From IMG/VR virus record IMGVR_UViG_3300005512_000001, positions 277,435 to 341,434 of that record: a stretch of 64,000 nucleotides of DNA; one strand, 5' to 3'. The position numbers and the translations under genes were made by a program. This DNA is from a virus (taxonomy: Duplodnaviria > Caudoviricetes). The notes beneath the pieces are model-generated. The model worked only from the letters and a program-made list of their open reading frames with translations. It had not been told where the DNA came from and did no database searches. This document shows, piece after piece, positions 8,717 through 18,240 of this stretch (position 1 is its first letter; each line of letters begins with the position of its first letter).

Positions 8717-10875
8717 TGGCAAATGAATTCCATATTTCATTAGGATTGCCTGTAGCGAAATCTCTGGGCCAAAGTCCTGGTGGGGTTAATACATTTTATG
8801 AATCGTCTGGGTTACTGCCTCCTATATTAACTGCTGGTTTGTCGTCGTCTTCGTCGTCTACGTCATTTATTAGTAGCTCCTCTAGTTCGTCTGTGAGTTC
8901 TAGTTCGTCTGTGAGTTCTAGTTCTAGTGTGAGTAGTTCCTCTAGTTCTGTAGTGTCACCGCCGTATAGTAGCAGTTCTAGTTCGTCTGTGAGCTCTAGT
9001 TCGTCTGTGAGTTCTAGTTCGTCTGTGAGTTCTAGTTCGTCTGTGAGTTCTAGTTCGTCTGTGAGTTCTAGTTCGTCTGTGAGCTCCTCTAGTTCGTCTG
9101 TGAGCTCCTCTAGTTCGTCTGTGAGCTCCTCTAGTTCGTCTGTGAGTTCTAGTTCGTCTGTGAGTTCTAGTTCTAGTGTGAGTAGTTCCTCTAGCTCTGT
9201 AGTGTCACCGCCGTATAGTAGCAGTTCTAGTTCTAGTGTAAGTTCCTCTAGCTCTAGTGTAAGTTCCTCTAGCTCTAGTGTGAGCAGTTCTAGTTCTAGT
9301 GTGAGCAGTTCTAGTTCTAGTGTGAGCAGTTCTAGTTCATCTACAAGCTCTAGCTCATATGAAAGCAGCCCATATATGCAGGATATAATAGATAATAGAG
9401 GTATCCCAGGCATTGGGCATAATCCACATAACTTTATAGAGCGATATGGCGGAGAAATGGTGCCGGTATTTAATTATGAGCCCGACCCGCAGACCACTAG
9501 GGGTGATTATTATTATAATGCGAGAATCAACCAATTATTTAAAAAGATATGCAAAGAGGGAGAAGTAAAATATTATTATTGGAGATGTGCTATTACCAAT
9601 GCGGAGCCTAGACCTGGATATGACGCAGGAGACGTAGAACTTGGAGACCCAGGTTATCCGGTTAATCCTGACGGTGGCGGTGGCGGTGGTGGGGGCGAAG
9701 ATGACAGTCCTGAGACGGTAAAAGCAATCCATACTGCGATTTATCCAACATGGGGCGATGTGCCTGAACGCAATGATGTTTTTGTTGAGTATGGATTTAA
9801 TACTGTAATTATGCACAATCTTATCTCTGATTCCACTGATTATTCTGGGTCTCCAGATGCAGCTATTGGATGGAGCCTTATCCGGGATTATACTTCTTGG
9901 GCAGATAGCCGTAATATGGCTTTCCATCCAGTTATGTCTTTTGCTTATAATGTTGATACATACGGCAGAGGATTTGAAAAAGGCGTAGGTGAGGATGGTG
10001 TTGAGACTCCTTTTGTAAGTCCATGGGATGTAGATTATTGGGATTATCTTGGGGATATTCTTGTTAGCTTAGCAAGATTTGTTAGAGATTCCGATGACCA
10101 TCGCGCTGATGGGTTCTTCTTTGACCTTGAAATATATGGTCATTACTACAAAGGCAAGAAACAGCCGTATCTTGATCGGATTAGTTGGGGGTATGCTGAC
10201 AATATTTGGGAATCATATTTAGCTTCGATTGGTAGTGGTGCATCTGTACCAATTCGCTCTCAAAGAAAATCATGGCTTATAGCTAACTCGTCTCTGGATG
10301 AATATTACCTGTACCTTGAAGATAATATCGCTGCTTTGGCGAAGAATTTAAAGGATAGGATTCATGCTGTTAACCCTGATTTTATGATTGGGGTTTACCA
10401 ATCTCCTAATCGGAATTATTATGATGCGGCTATTGCTAGCGGCTTGAGCGAACCAAACGACCCGATTACCGTTTGGGGAACTGAAATGTACATTCCTTGG
10501 AAAATTGTAGATGGTGAACTTGTAGTTGGTGTTGACTTATTGCCTACTTTGGTCCCTTATAGTACTTACTATAATTTGACTAGTCTTTATGGCAAGGAGA
10601 TTTACGGGTTTTATGTTGGTGGTTTTGTTTTACGCGCATATGATGATTTTGAAGAGCTGCCATATCATTTATTTGAGGTAGGGGATAGGTCTTCTGGCTA
10701 TTGGGTTTATACTGGCCTCTCATTTAGCCAGAGCTACACTTTCTTGCTATCGCATCTGGGCTATGGATATATGGTTGAGTGTGATGGTGGCCATCTTTGT
10801 TTGGATGAGGCTTCGTATGATGCTAGGGTCGCACAATATCGAGCGATGTTTATAGATGTTAATACGAGGCTCTGA
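8716..10875 (+). CDS. Ser-rich linker protein with C-terminal glycoside-hydrolase-like TIM barrel
   Basis: ~170-aa poly-Ser tract, poly-Gly linker, then EYGFNTVI..PWDVDYW..DGFFFDLEIY..IHAVNPDFMIGVY. Confidence 0.55.
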   Translation: MANEFHISLGLPVAKSLGQSPGGVNTFYESSGLLPPILTAGLSSSSSSTSFISSSSSSSVSSSSSVSSSSSVSSSSSSVVSPPYSSSSSSSVSSSSSVSSSSSVSSSSSVSSSSSVSSSSSVSSSSSSVSSSSSSVSSSSSSVSSSSSVSSSSSVSSSSSSVVSPPYSSSSSSSVSSSSSSVSSSSSSVSSSSSSVSSSSSSVSSSSSSTSSSSYESSPYMQDIIDNRGIPGIGHNPHNFIERYGGEMVPVFNYEPDPQTTRGDYYYNARINQLFKKICKEGEVKYYYWRCAITNAEPRPGYDAGDVELGDPGYPVNPDGGGGGGGGEDDSPETVKAIHTAIYPTWGDVPERNDVFVEYGFNTVIMHNLISDSTDYSGSPDAAIGWSLIRDYTSWADSRNMAFHPVMSFAYNVDTYGRGFEKGVGEDGVETPFVSPWDVDYWDYLGDILVSLARFVRDSDDHRADGFFFDLEIYGHYYKGKKQPYLDRISWGYADNIWESYLASIGSGASVPIRSQRKSWLIANSSLDEYYLYLEDNIAALAKNLKDRIHAVNPDFMIGVYQSPNRNYYDAAIASGLSEPNDPITVWGTEMYIPWKIVDGELVVGVDLLPTLVPYSTYYNLTSLYGKEIYGFYVGGFVLRAYDDFEELPYHLFEVGDRSSGYWVYTGLSFSQSYTFLLSHLGYGYMVECDGGHLCLDEASYDARVAQYRAMFIDVNTRL
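8840..9357 (+). repeat. Coding tandem repeats (18/21-bp units, AGTTCTAGTTCGTCTGTG) encoding SSSSSV
   Basis: Directly visible; includes duplicated VVSPPY block. Confidence 0.95.
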
Positions 10876-12051
10876 TTATTGAGAATCGGCTACTTCTTGA
10901 ATCACATTCCATAATTGGTGTTTCTTAATCCGCTCTTCGAAGATATTTCTGCCATTAGGTGTGTCGTACTCTATAGATAGTGTTTGGTCTAGTACGATTC
11001 TAATAGTATTACGCCAATCCCACCCGGACTCTGCTAGCATTTCTACTGGTTGGTCGACTAAATCGACGATGAGTGTGTCTTCTAATATATTGTATATGGC
11101 GACTAGTTTTGTGCCTGTAGTATAATCAATTACTCGGCCACGTAATCCTGGTTGATGTTCAAAGAATTTCTCAGGTGTATGCCAATGGATGTAATTTTGA
11201 TATGAATGCCATTGCAAAGCTCTTGGTTTTATAATGGATTCTATGACAACATCTAATTTGTTAGCGAATGACTCTGTTTGCTCCTCTTCCGTCTTTTTCA
11301 ATTCATCGGCTTCTTCTGCGGCTTTTTCGCGTTCTATTTGTTCGAGGTCTTCTGCCTCTGCGTCTACTTCCGCCTCATGTTCTCGCTCGATATTTTCTGC
11401 ATCATCAGCACGTTGTTTGGATTGCTCCTTCTTGCGGTTTTTGAACAATTTGGTTTTTATTAAGTTAGCGATTCGTTTGAGAGTATCTTTAGTTAGCCGT
11501 GTTAACGACCGTTTCTTTGAAGGTTCTTTTGGAGGCTCCTCTTGTTGTTGTGCCTCTATTTCCTTTAGCTTCTGTATTTGGTTTGCAACATCTGGTGCAA
11601 CTTTTGGTTCTCCAGGATGCTCTGGCGTCTCGTAATCCTGAGTTGCGGGCAATATGTCGGCCGAGCCTACGCTATGGATAAATCGTTCATCATATTGCCT
11701 ATATGCTTTAACCCATATCTGTGGTAGGATGCTATAACCAGTCCACCATCTAACTTTCAAGCTATCTGGTTTCATGATTTTTGGCAGGTATGTATTTAGT
11801 TGTTCTAGCTCCTCTTGGCTCAAATAATTAAGGTTGATGGCGGCTACTAGTTTGTTACCAGTACGCGGATGCAACCACCTGCCAAGAACTAATGCGCGTG
11901 GACGCGGGTCATTTTTCGCACGCTCATAATTAAAACGTAATATTCTTGCGGTCGCTTCTAATAATGGGGTATAATCCTCGTTGTGCTTGAACACTTTGCC
12001 AGCAATAGCAGCATCATCGCATTCGATATTTAATAGTTGTTCTAATAACAT
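10876..12051 (-). CDS. Hypothetical protein, N-terminus resembling T4 gp2-like DNA end protector
   Basis: PRALVLG..AAINLNYL..KAYRQY pattern; acidic coiled middle. Confidence 0.35.
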   Translation of the reverse strand: MLLEQLLNIECDDAAIAGKVFKHNEDYTPLLEATARILRFNYERAKNDPRPRALVLGRWLHPRTGNKLVAAINLNYLSQEELEQLNTYLPKIMKPDSLKVRWWTGYSILPQIWVKAYRQYDERFIHSVGSADILPATQDYETPEHPGEPKVAPDVANQIQKLKEIEAQQQEEPPKEPSKKRSLTRLTKDTLKRIANLIKTKLFKNRKKEQSKQRADDAENIEREHEAEVDAEAEDLEQIEREKAAEEADELKKTEEEQTESFANKLDVVIESIIKPRALQWHSYQNYIHWHTPEKFFEHQPGLRGRVIDYTTGTKLVAIYNILEDTLIVDLVDQPVEMLAESGWDWRNTIRIVLDQTLSIEYDTPNGRNIFEERIKKHQLWNVIQEVADSQ

Positions 12052-12359
12052 TATTTATAATCTGAATAATCCAAATCTTCAACTACATGGTCACCAGCAT
12101 CATGCCTTTTTAATGGCTCGGGTTCTAAAACACCACCAACAATTGGTTCAGCAACATCTATACTACCAACTGGCAGTCGTTTCTTGGTTTTTGGTTTTGG
12201 TTGTATGGTTTTTGGTGATTCCATCACTTGCACTGGCTGCGATGGTTGCACTAACTCTATTGGTGCATTTTGTGGGATTCTTTGAAATTTAGATGGTATA
12301 GGTAATTTAGGAAATGGTGTTCTTGATGTCACTTCCTTGTTACGCCGTTTTGTATTCAT
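12051..12359 (-). CDS. Hypothetical protein
   Basis: Coupled ORF overlapping neighbours. Confidence 0.55.
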   Translation of the reverse strand: MNTKRRNKEVTSRTPFPKLPIPSKFQRIPQNAPIELVQPSQPVQVMESPKTIQPKPKTKKRLPVGSIDVAEPIVGGVLEPEPLKRHDAGDHVVEDLDYSDYK

Positions 12360-13942
12360 ACAATATAACCTAATATAGCTATATCCTCATTTGTAGCGGC
12401 TCCAGCAGCTATATGCTCTAATAAAGATTGGAACCCATATTCCAGGACCAGTTCTATGCTTTCAATCACATCCTCTATTTTTCGTTCTGTGTCTTTTAAC
12501 CCGCCGCTTGTTCGTAATGCTTCAATCTTCTTATGCAGATTCTTAATTTGACCCCCTGCAAATTGTTTCGACTTTTGTACTGGAGGTATGTCTGCTATGT
12601 TCTTTTGGAGCATCGCCATTAGTTGTTCTAATTTGTCGCCAGCTACTGCTGATGTGAGTGGCGCAATTTGCAATGATGCTGGTAGTTTTGGATTAAATGG
12701 TTTGTGTGGGATATTGCCGAATGCCGCGTCCCATATTCTTTGGAACTCTTCTGTTTTCCCTTGTTTTTCAGCTTCAACCCAAATACCTGTGTCTTCTTTA
12801 TCCTGCTTTACTAATTCTGGTGGCATCTGCCTATGAATAGCATCCGCGTAAGACAATACATTACTAATTGCCGTCGGCATTCTTTCAATTCGGGTATCAA
12901 CTAGATTCGGGTCGAACAATCCTTCGAGTCCATATTGAAGTAGCAATATTTCTGTTTGCCTTTCAGAAAGGTTGGCTGCTGAGGTTATATGCGATATAGC
13001 TATTTTAAGCTTCTTTGTCTTCTCATTCTCTTGAGCTTCTTCCTCGGGTGTTGCTGCCGCCCGTGGGTCGGGAACGTTAATTGTGCCCTGGCCTTTGCAT
13101 ACATCACACCTGAGTTTTTCACCAGTCTCTGGGTCAATGATTTTACCATCTTCGCATGCTGGGCAATCGATTTTAACAGCTACACCCGCGCTGCTTGGGA
13201 TGGTTCCGGCCATCGATAAGCTTGGGTCTAATGATGATGGTTTATCTAATGATGCGGTTGAATCTGTAAAACCTCGTTTTCTGGTTGGCGTTCTTATCAA
13301 GCCAGCGCCTTTTGCGCCCTTGGTTATAGAGAACATAATCTCTCTTGCAGCATATAATCCGAATGGTGCATTGCCCATGTCGTTTCTTAACGCTTTTAGA
13401 ACGCCGTCCTGACCATCTGATATTGCATCATCTACTTGGTACCCGGCCCTCATTCCGCTGTATTGAAATGCGAATCGCTTAATGACCGGCATCATAGCAC
13501 CAATAATCTCATCGATGGTCCATGGTTCTTGGGGAGGTGTTGCTTGGTCTAAAATTAGTGGCATCCATACTTTAGTAAGACCTTTATAGGTTTTTTCGCC
13601 TTTACTTTCGTCTTTGATTATAGGCGTAAAACCTTTTTCTATAGCCTCCTTGTATTTCTCCAGTGATAATTTTCGCAGATTTTCTGCGTTTAATTTGGTT
13701 GGCACCTTCTTCTGTGTGTTTAATTCCCTTTCCCGGTCCCTCTTAGTCTTTTTGGGTTGTGGCGGCTTATAATCTAGATCGATAGCCCCAGAAATAGCTA
13801 GCTGTTTGATGATATTTTCTATGGTTGAGGTATGGATCGGTTCCTCTGTCGTATTTTTTACATAGTATCCTATAGCTTCTGGGTCGTTACCGTATTTGTC
13901 GAATCCAGCTTTAATAATGGATATTATATTGGGGTTGGGCAT
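12356..13942 (-). CDS. Large sigma-70-like factor with DnaJ-type Zn finger insertion
   Basis: Region 2-like PVIKRFAFQY..DDAISDGQDGVLKAL..FGLYAAREI; ASLDKP; CPACEDG..CDVCKGQG; region 4-like LSERQTEILLLQYGL. Confidence 0.6.
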   Translation of the reverse strand: MPNPNIISIIKAGFDKYGNDPEAIGYYVKNTTEEPIHTSTIENIIKQLAISGAIDLDYKPPQPKKTKRDRERELNTQKKVPTKLNAENLRKLSLEKYKEAIEKGFTPIIKDESKGEKTYKGLTKVWMPLILDQATPPQEPWTIDEIIGAMMPVIKRFAFQYSGMRAGYQVDDAISDGQDGVLKALRNDMGNAPFGLYAAREIMFSITKGAKGAGLIRTPTRKRGFTDSTASLDKPSSLDPSLSMAGTIPSSAGVAVKIDCPACEDGKIIDPETGEKLRCDVCKGQGTINVPDPRAAATPEEEAQENEKTKKLKIAISHITSAANLSERQTEILLLQYGLEGLFDPNLVDTRIERMPTAISNVLSYADAIHRQMPPELVKQDKEDTGIWVEAEKQGKTEEFQRIWDAAFGNIPHKPFNPKLPASLQIAPLTSAVAGDKLEQLMAMLQKNIADIPPVQKSKQFAGGQIKNLHKKIEALRTSGGLKDTERKIEDVIESIELVLEYGFQSLLEHIAAGAATNEDIAILGYIV

Positions 13943-13989
13943 ATGTAATCTCCTAGACTATTTACAATAGATTTGACCCGCCAACATAA

Positions 13990-14946
13990 TTATATAACTT
14001 TATGGTGTGCGGCGGCACAAGCATTGGCCATAATCTTGGAGGCTTGATGCTCGTTGATAAGCCCGTTAGACAATGCTAGGTCGAATTCATCATCTATTGT
14101 GCATGAGAATTGTACTGGGTCATCAGTATTTATTGTGACAATGCAATTATGTTGCAACATTCTTTTGATGGGATGGCTACTGAGATTTGTCCAAGCACCA
14201 GTGATTAAATTGCTATGCAATGCCAAGTCGAAACAAATATTTAAATCTGCAGCTAATTTTAATATATCATTAGTGGCTTGGATGCCATGAGCAATGCGGT
14301 TAACCTTCAGTTTCTTTATAGCATCTTTTATGTTGTGTGATTTGCCTGGCATTTCGCCTACATGCGCACGCATTATCTTATTGTAATATCGCCATTTATC
14401 GAATATTGGAACATAAAATTCTGCGTCAAAATAATCTTCATCACCTATTAGGTCTAGGCCGCAAACGGCATCTTGGACCTCTGGGTGTTTTATGAGGTCT
14501 GCATAGGCCAATTGCTTATTGCGTGGTTTGTGGTACTGTATAGACAGTAATAACCCTATTTGGATGCCAGTGCTAAATGTGTGTTTTTGGAATAATTCGC
14601 TTATAAATTGGATGGCATATAATGGGTCCCATTTATTAGAATTAACATATTTGTCAATAGAGAAGCTTATTTCAGAATAATCAATACCTTCTGATGCTAA
14701 ATCATCACATATTTGCTTTATAGATAAATCAATAGCCCACGCTGGCCACTGGATTTCATCTAATATTGTGAATTTGTCTAGAAATGCGGCGAAACCGATA
14801 TTGCTTTCGCTACATTTCATACGTTTTGAAATTGCATCGACATGCGCAGTATTGCCATTGCAGCCCATTATTTCAGCAACTGTATGGGCGGAAATCGAGC
14901 CGCCCATATGCCTATGGAGGTCGCACTTACTTCTGTTCCATCGCAT
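13990..14946 (-). CDS. add: Adenosine deaminase family protein
   Basis: DLHRHMGGS, GLDLIGDE, HVGE, RIAHG, NTDDP. Confidence 0.9.
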   Translation of the reverse strand: MRWNRSKCDLHRHMGGSISAHTVAEIMGCNGNTAHVDAISKRMKCSESNIGFAAFLDKFTILDEIQWPAWAIDLSIKQICDDLASEGIDYSEISFSIDKYVNSNKWDPLYAIQFISELFQKHTFSTGIQIGLLLSIQYHKPRNKQLAYADLIKHPEVQDAVCGLDLIGDEDYFDAEFYVPIFDKWRYYNKIMRAHVGEMPGKSHNIKDAIKKLKVNRIAHGIQATNDILKLAADLNICFDLALHSNLITGAWTNLSSHPIKRMLQHNCIVTINTDDPVQFSCTIDDEFDLALSNGLINEHQASKIMANACAAAHHKVI

Positions 14947-15254
14947 TATATTACTTCTGTGATTGGGATATTTAATGATTTTATGATGATTTCTAAAATT
15001 TTGCGCGAGGTTTCACTGTCGACTTGACAACTATTTGATGCCACCATAACTTCTGAAATAGTTATATTAGCTATCGGTTTACATAAATCATAATGCTGAT
15101 TTATTAAGTTAGCATTTCTAAGTGATGCTACTACTTTGGCAATATATGATTCTGAACCACCAATATCATCTGCAATATGCGATATTGACCCGGAACCTTT
15201 ATTGCAAGAGTCTAAAATCTTTATCGCATAATCCAGCCATTTCTCTTTAATCAT
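14946..15254 (-). CDS. Rrf2-family winged-HTH regulator
   Basis: IADDIGGSESYIAKVVASLRNANLI..YDLCKPIANITISEV. Confidence 0.7.
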   Translation of the reverse strand: MIKEKWLDYAIKILDSCNKGSGSISHIADDIGGSESYIAKVVASLRNANLINQHYDLCKPIANITISEVMVASNSCQVDSETSRKILEIIIKSLNIPITEVI

Positions 15255-15256
15255 TA

Positions 15257-15781
15257 TTAATCCTGCATGTCTTTAATCATGTGCATAATTTCTTGTTCAG
15301 TTATTGTAATTATGCGGTCGATTCCTTCATCGATGTGGGGCTCTTCATATTGCTTTTTATGAGCTTCAGCAATCTTTAACCATTCATCATACCCCCACCC
15401 CCTGCCATCGGAATTCGCTCTGCGTGCAGCATGTGCCTCTAGGGCTGATTCTGGAAATTTAATTACGTGCACTACGGCGTCCATTGATTTAGCTATTCCA
15501 ATATACCGCCTTCGCATTGCCCTTGAATAATTGGGCCTGTCAATAATCACGTTGCGTCTTAACAACAATGCCATCTGCAAAATCGTATTTTCTACGGATT
15601 TATATAGTGGCTTTAAATGCTCATCATATAATTTATAATTATCGCAATGTAATGCGTTAACAATAGCATCATCATTTATTATAATGCTACCGTATTTTGA
15701 AAACTGACGTGAATAAGTGCTTTTGCCACTAGCAATAGGGCCAACAAGAATTCTAACTATCGGACTCTGCAATTGTGTCAT
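15257..15781 (-). CDS. P-loop kinase (polynucleotide-kinase/AAA_33-like)
   Basis: GPIASGKST, NDD, VIIDRPN, YEEP..DEG. Confidence 0.85.
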   Translation of the reverse strand: MTQLQSPIVRILVGPIASGKSTYSRQFSKYGSIIINDDAIVNALHCDNYKLYDEHLKPLYKSVENTILQMALLLRRNVIIDRPNYSRAMRRRYIGIAKSMDAVVHVIKFPESALEAHAARRANSDGRGWGYDEWLKIAEAHKKQYEEPHIDEGIDRIITITEQEIMHMIKDMQD

Positions 15782-16373
15782 TATTTATGCTTCCTACTGT
15801 CTTTTTGTGGATTTCTGGGTTGAAAAATCCAGCCAGTGTAGGTTTAAATACTTCGAACCTTTCGCCGCTTGTTTCAGATGTAGGAATTAAGATACAATGG
15901 TCAGAGTTTGACACTGCTATGATATAATTGCCCTCTGGTACTCTTATAGCGTCAGATACCATAGTATTGACATTGATAATCATGCCTTCTTGCAGAGTGT
16001 TGTGGTCTTGGTCTATGCTCTCTAGTGCAGTATTTATTTTTTGCTCAAATTTGTGCATGGCTGTTTCTGGTTTCCGCTTTGGGTGGATGCTATTATTATA
16101 TATGTGGTTATAGTCACGCACGCTGGGTTTGTACCAATACCCGCCAGTGAATATCCATAAGTCATCGGCAAAATATAATTCATTGCCATTTTCTAATAAT
16201 AATTCTGTTTTATTTAACGGGTCATTACGATTTTCTGATGTGGCGGCATCAATTGTGGTGCGAAATGATGGCCCTGTATAAATATAAAACGGGCCAACTG
16301 GAATATGAAGCCATTGGTCCCAACATGTGCCTTCTGCATCATGTAGCATGTCAATATCCTTGTTGCAATACAC
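15753..16373 (-). CDS. Hypothetical protein
   Basis: 206-aa ORF in minus-strand operon. Confidence 0.6.
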   Translation of the reverse strand: MYCNKDIDMLHDAEGTCWDQWLHIPVGPFYIYTGPSFRTTIDAATSENRNDPLNKTELLLENGNELYFADDLWIFTGGYWYKPSVRDYNHIYNNSIHPKRKPETAMHKFEQKINTALESIDQDHNTLQEGMIINVNTMVSDAIRVPEGNYIIAVSNSDHCILIPTSETSGERFEVFKPTLAGFFNPEIHKKTVGSINNDTIAESDS

Positions 16374-16462
16374 TTTTATTTATTTTTTATCTCAAATCAA
16401 AAATGTTGTATAGCATAGAAATGGTATATATTTAGTCAAAGTTATTGAAAACGGAGCTATCT

Positions 16463-18172
16463 ATGGCGACGATTAACCCAGATTTGGTACCAACAATTAA
16501 TCCTGGCGACTTATTTGATAGGTTCACTGAGGACAGTGCATTAAATATCCGGTGGCTTGTTGCTACAGACCCAGTATATTATGCAGTTCTCAACCGACCT
16601 ATAGCTGATACGACTGTTAGGCAGCTTATATTGGCTAAGGCTATTGACGACCTCAATACGTCTCTTGGGTATCAGGCTATTTTTCCATTTATTGTGCCGC
16701 CGCAAGTCAGTGATGGCACTGCTATTGTCGATATTCCTGTCAGAATATTCTGGGATTGCCACACGTCTGTTCCTGTTAAATGGACGGACCTAAGGCTGGC
16801 TAGGATTGATAGATTAGATGGCACTAATGGCAGCGCATATGCTGGGACTTTAAGATTTATTGTTTCGGCACAACAAGAAGGCGGCACATCATCTGCCGAA
16901 ATCGCATTATTCTATGCTGATTATGAGATAGATAGCACACTGACATATCAGCGTGTTCGGATTACACCAGCTACAGCGGCAGCAGTTCCTGGGTTCACAG
17001 TTATTAGCAGCAGTGAGGCCGCAACTATAGATGGCGAGATTATATTTAGGACGCTAGACCAAACTACATCAGAAGCACAGACATTCTATGATTTATTGGC
17101 TCCTGGTAGTAGTGCCCAATATGAAATTGTAGATTCATCCGGTGATGGCAGCGACCCTGATTTCGACCCAAGTCCGATAAGCCATGGCACTGGCATGCTG
17201 ACGAGTAGTGCATTTAATCTGATTACGCCTGTTGATGCGGACCCAATCACGTGGCTAGAGTCATTTAATTATCCATTCGATATGGACGTCACACGTACTG
17301 CGTCTGATACTAGCGGTGTTACTATTCCAGACGCAATATTCCGAGAATTTAATATAATGGCACCTGCTGGCGATGAGCCTACGGGTGACACTACTGGGGC
17401 ATTTTTCCCGGTTTGGGTCAGCAAGATTGAGCGAGATGGGTCAGAATCGACACCTACATTGACGGTTTATTTTGCAACTTATGGCATTAGCCCTACTGAC
17501 CCAACGGATGTTATAGAATTTGGAACGTTAACTCTAACGGATGATATGTTAGAAGGCCAAGTTGTTGGCATAGTGCCTAGTGACCATCTATTCCCTGATG
17601 AATCAGGGTCAACGTGGCACCAAGAATTTGGGCGCGGTCATGTGGTGTTGTCTAGCAAATGGGGCCTTACTGGCGGCGAAATAGATGATTTCTTTAGCAA
17701 TTTCCCGCTGCTGGTTGGTGCGACATCTAGTGTAACATTTAGTCAGACAACTACTAGGATAGGGTCATTTGGAGTTACTAGAGTTCCAAAATACACTCCA
17801 ACTGCAGGGCAGTCAGCGGCATTGGCCGGAACTTCATCGGAACGAAGCACATCATTAGACCCAGCAGCAACCAACAGGTATGTTACTGAATTAGATGAGG
17901 GTTTGGGCGACACTATTGATTTGGATTCGCAAACCGGTATTACCTCAAATGCTGCTATAAGCAGGTATGGGAATATGGCGACCAGATCGCATAAATTGTT
18001 TAAACTAGTTGTTGACCCAGAACAAGCATCGGCTGATGATGACCCGACATTCTATGCTGATGATGTTCTGCCTAGGATTAGGATTCTATTGGGGCGTGAC
18101 CCTATTTTCGGCGATGTGTGGTATAATGGTAATAGGTTCATGAGATATAATGGGGATTCTTGGCTCGGGTAG
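16463..18172 (+). CDS. Virion structural protein
   Basis: RBS GGAG before ATG; acidic, S/T/G-rich, ends YNGDSWLG; followed by terminator. Confidence 0.6.
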   Translation: MATINPDLVPTINPGDLFDRFTEDSALNIRWLVATDPVYYAVLNRPIADTTVRQLILAKAIDDLNTSLGYQAIFPFIVPPQVSDGTAIVDIPVRIFWDCHTSVPVKWTDLRLARIDRLDGTNGSAYAGTLRFIVSAQQEGGTSSAEIALFYADYEIDSTLTYQRVRITPATAAAVPGFTVISSSEAATIDGEIIFRTLDQTTSEAQTFYDLLAPGSSAQYEIVDSSGDGSDPDFDPSPISHGTGMLTSSAFNLITPVDADPITWLESFNYPFDMDVTRTASDTSGVTIPDAIFREFNIMAPAGDEPTGDTTGAFFPVWVSKIERDGSESTPTLTVYFATYGISPTDPTDVIEFGTLTLTDDMLEGQVVGIVPSDHLFPDESGSTWHQEFGRGHVVLSSKWGLTGGEIDDFFSNFPLLVGATSSVTFSQTTTRIGSFGVTRVPKYTPTAGQSAALAGTSSERSTSLDPAATNRYVTELDEGLGDTIDLDSQTGITSNAAISRYGNMATRSHKLFKLVVDPEQASADDDPTFYADDVLPRIRILLGRDPIFGDVWYNGNRFMRYNGDSWLG

Positions 18173-18184
18173 ATGTATTTAAAT

Positions 18185-18215
18185 AAAGCGGGCATTAATG
18201 CCCGCTTTTCTTTTT
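18185..18215 (+). terminator. Rho-independent terminator
   Basis: AAAGCGGGCA-TTAA-TGCCCGCTTT hairpin plus T-tract. Confidence 0.8.
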
Positions 18216-18240
18216 ATTGTTTGTGACCCAGTATTAGAGG

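Noticed and set aside
8796-9413. ELELTD-repeat ORF on the minus strand
   Set aside because: Antisense shadow of the poly-Ser tract
13990-14946. ADA as the enzyme making I34 in Leu(AAG)/Arg(ACG)
   Set aside because: tRNA A34 deaminases are TadA (cytidine-deaminase fold), not ADA TIM-barrel enzymes
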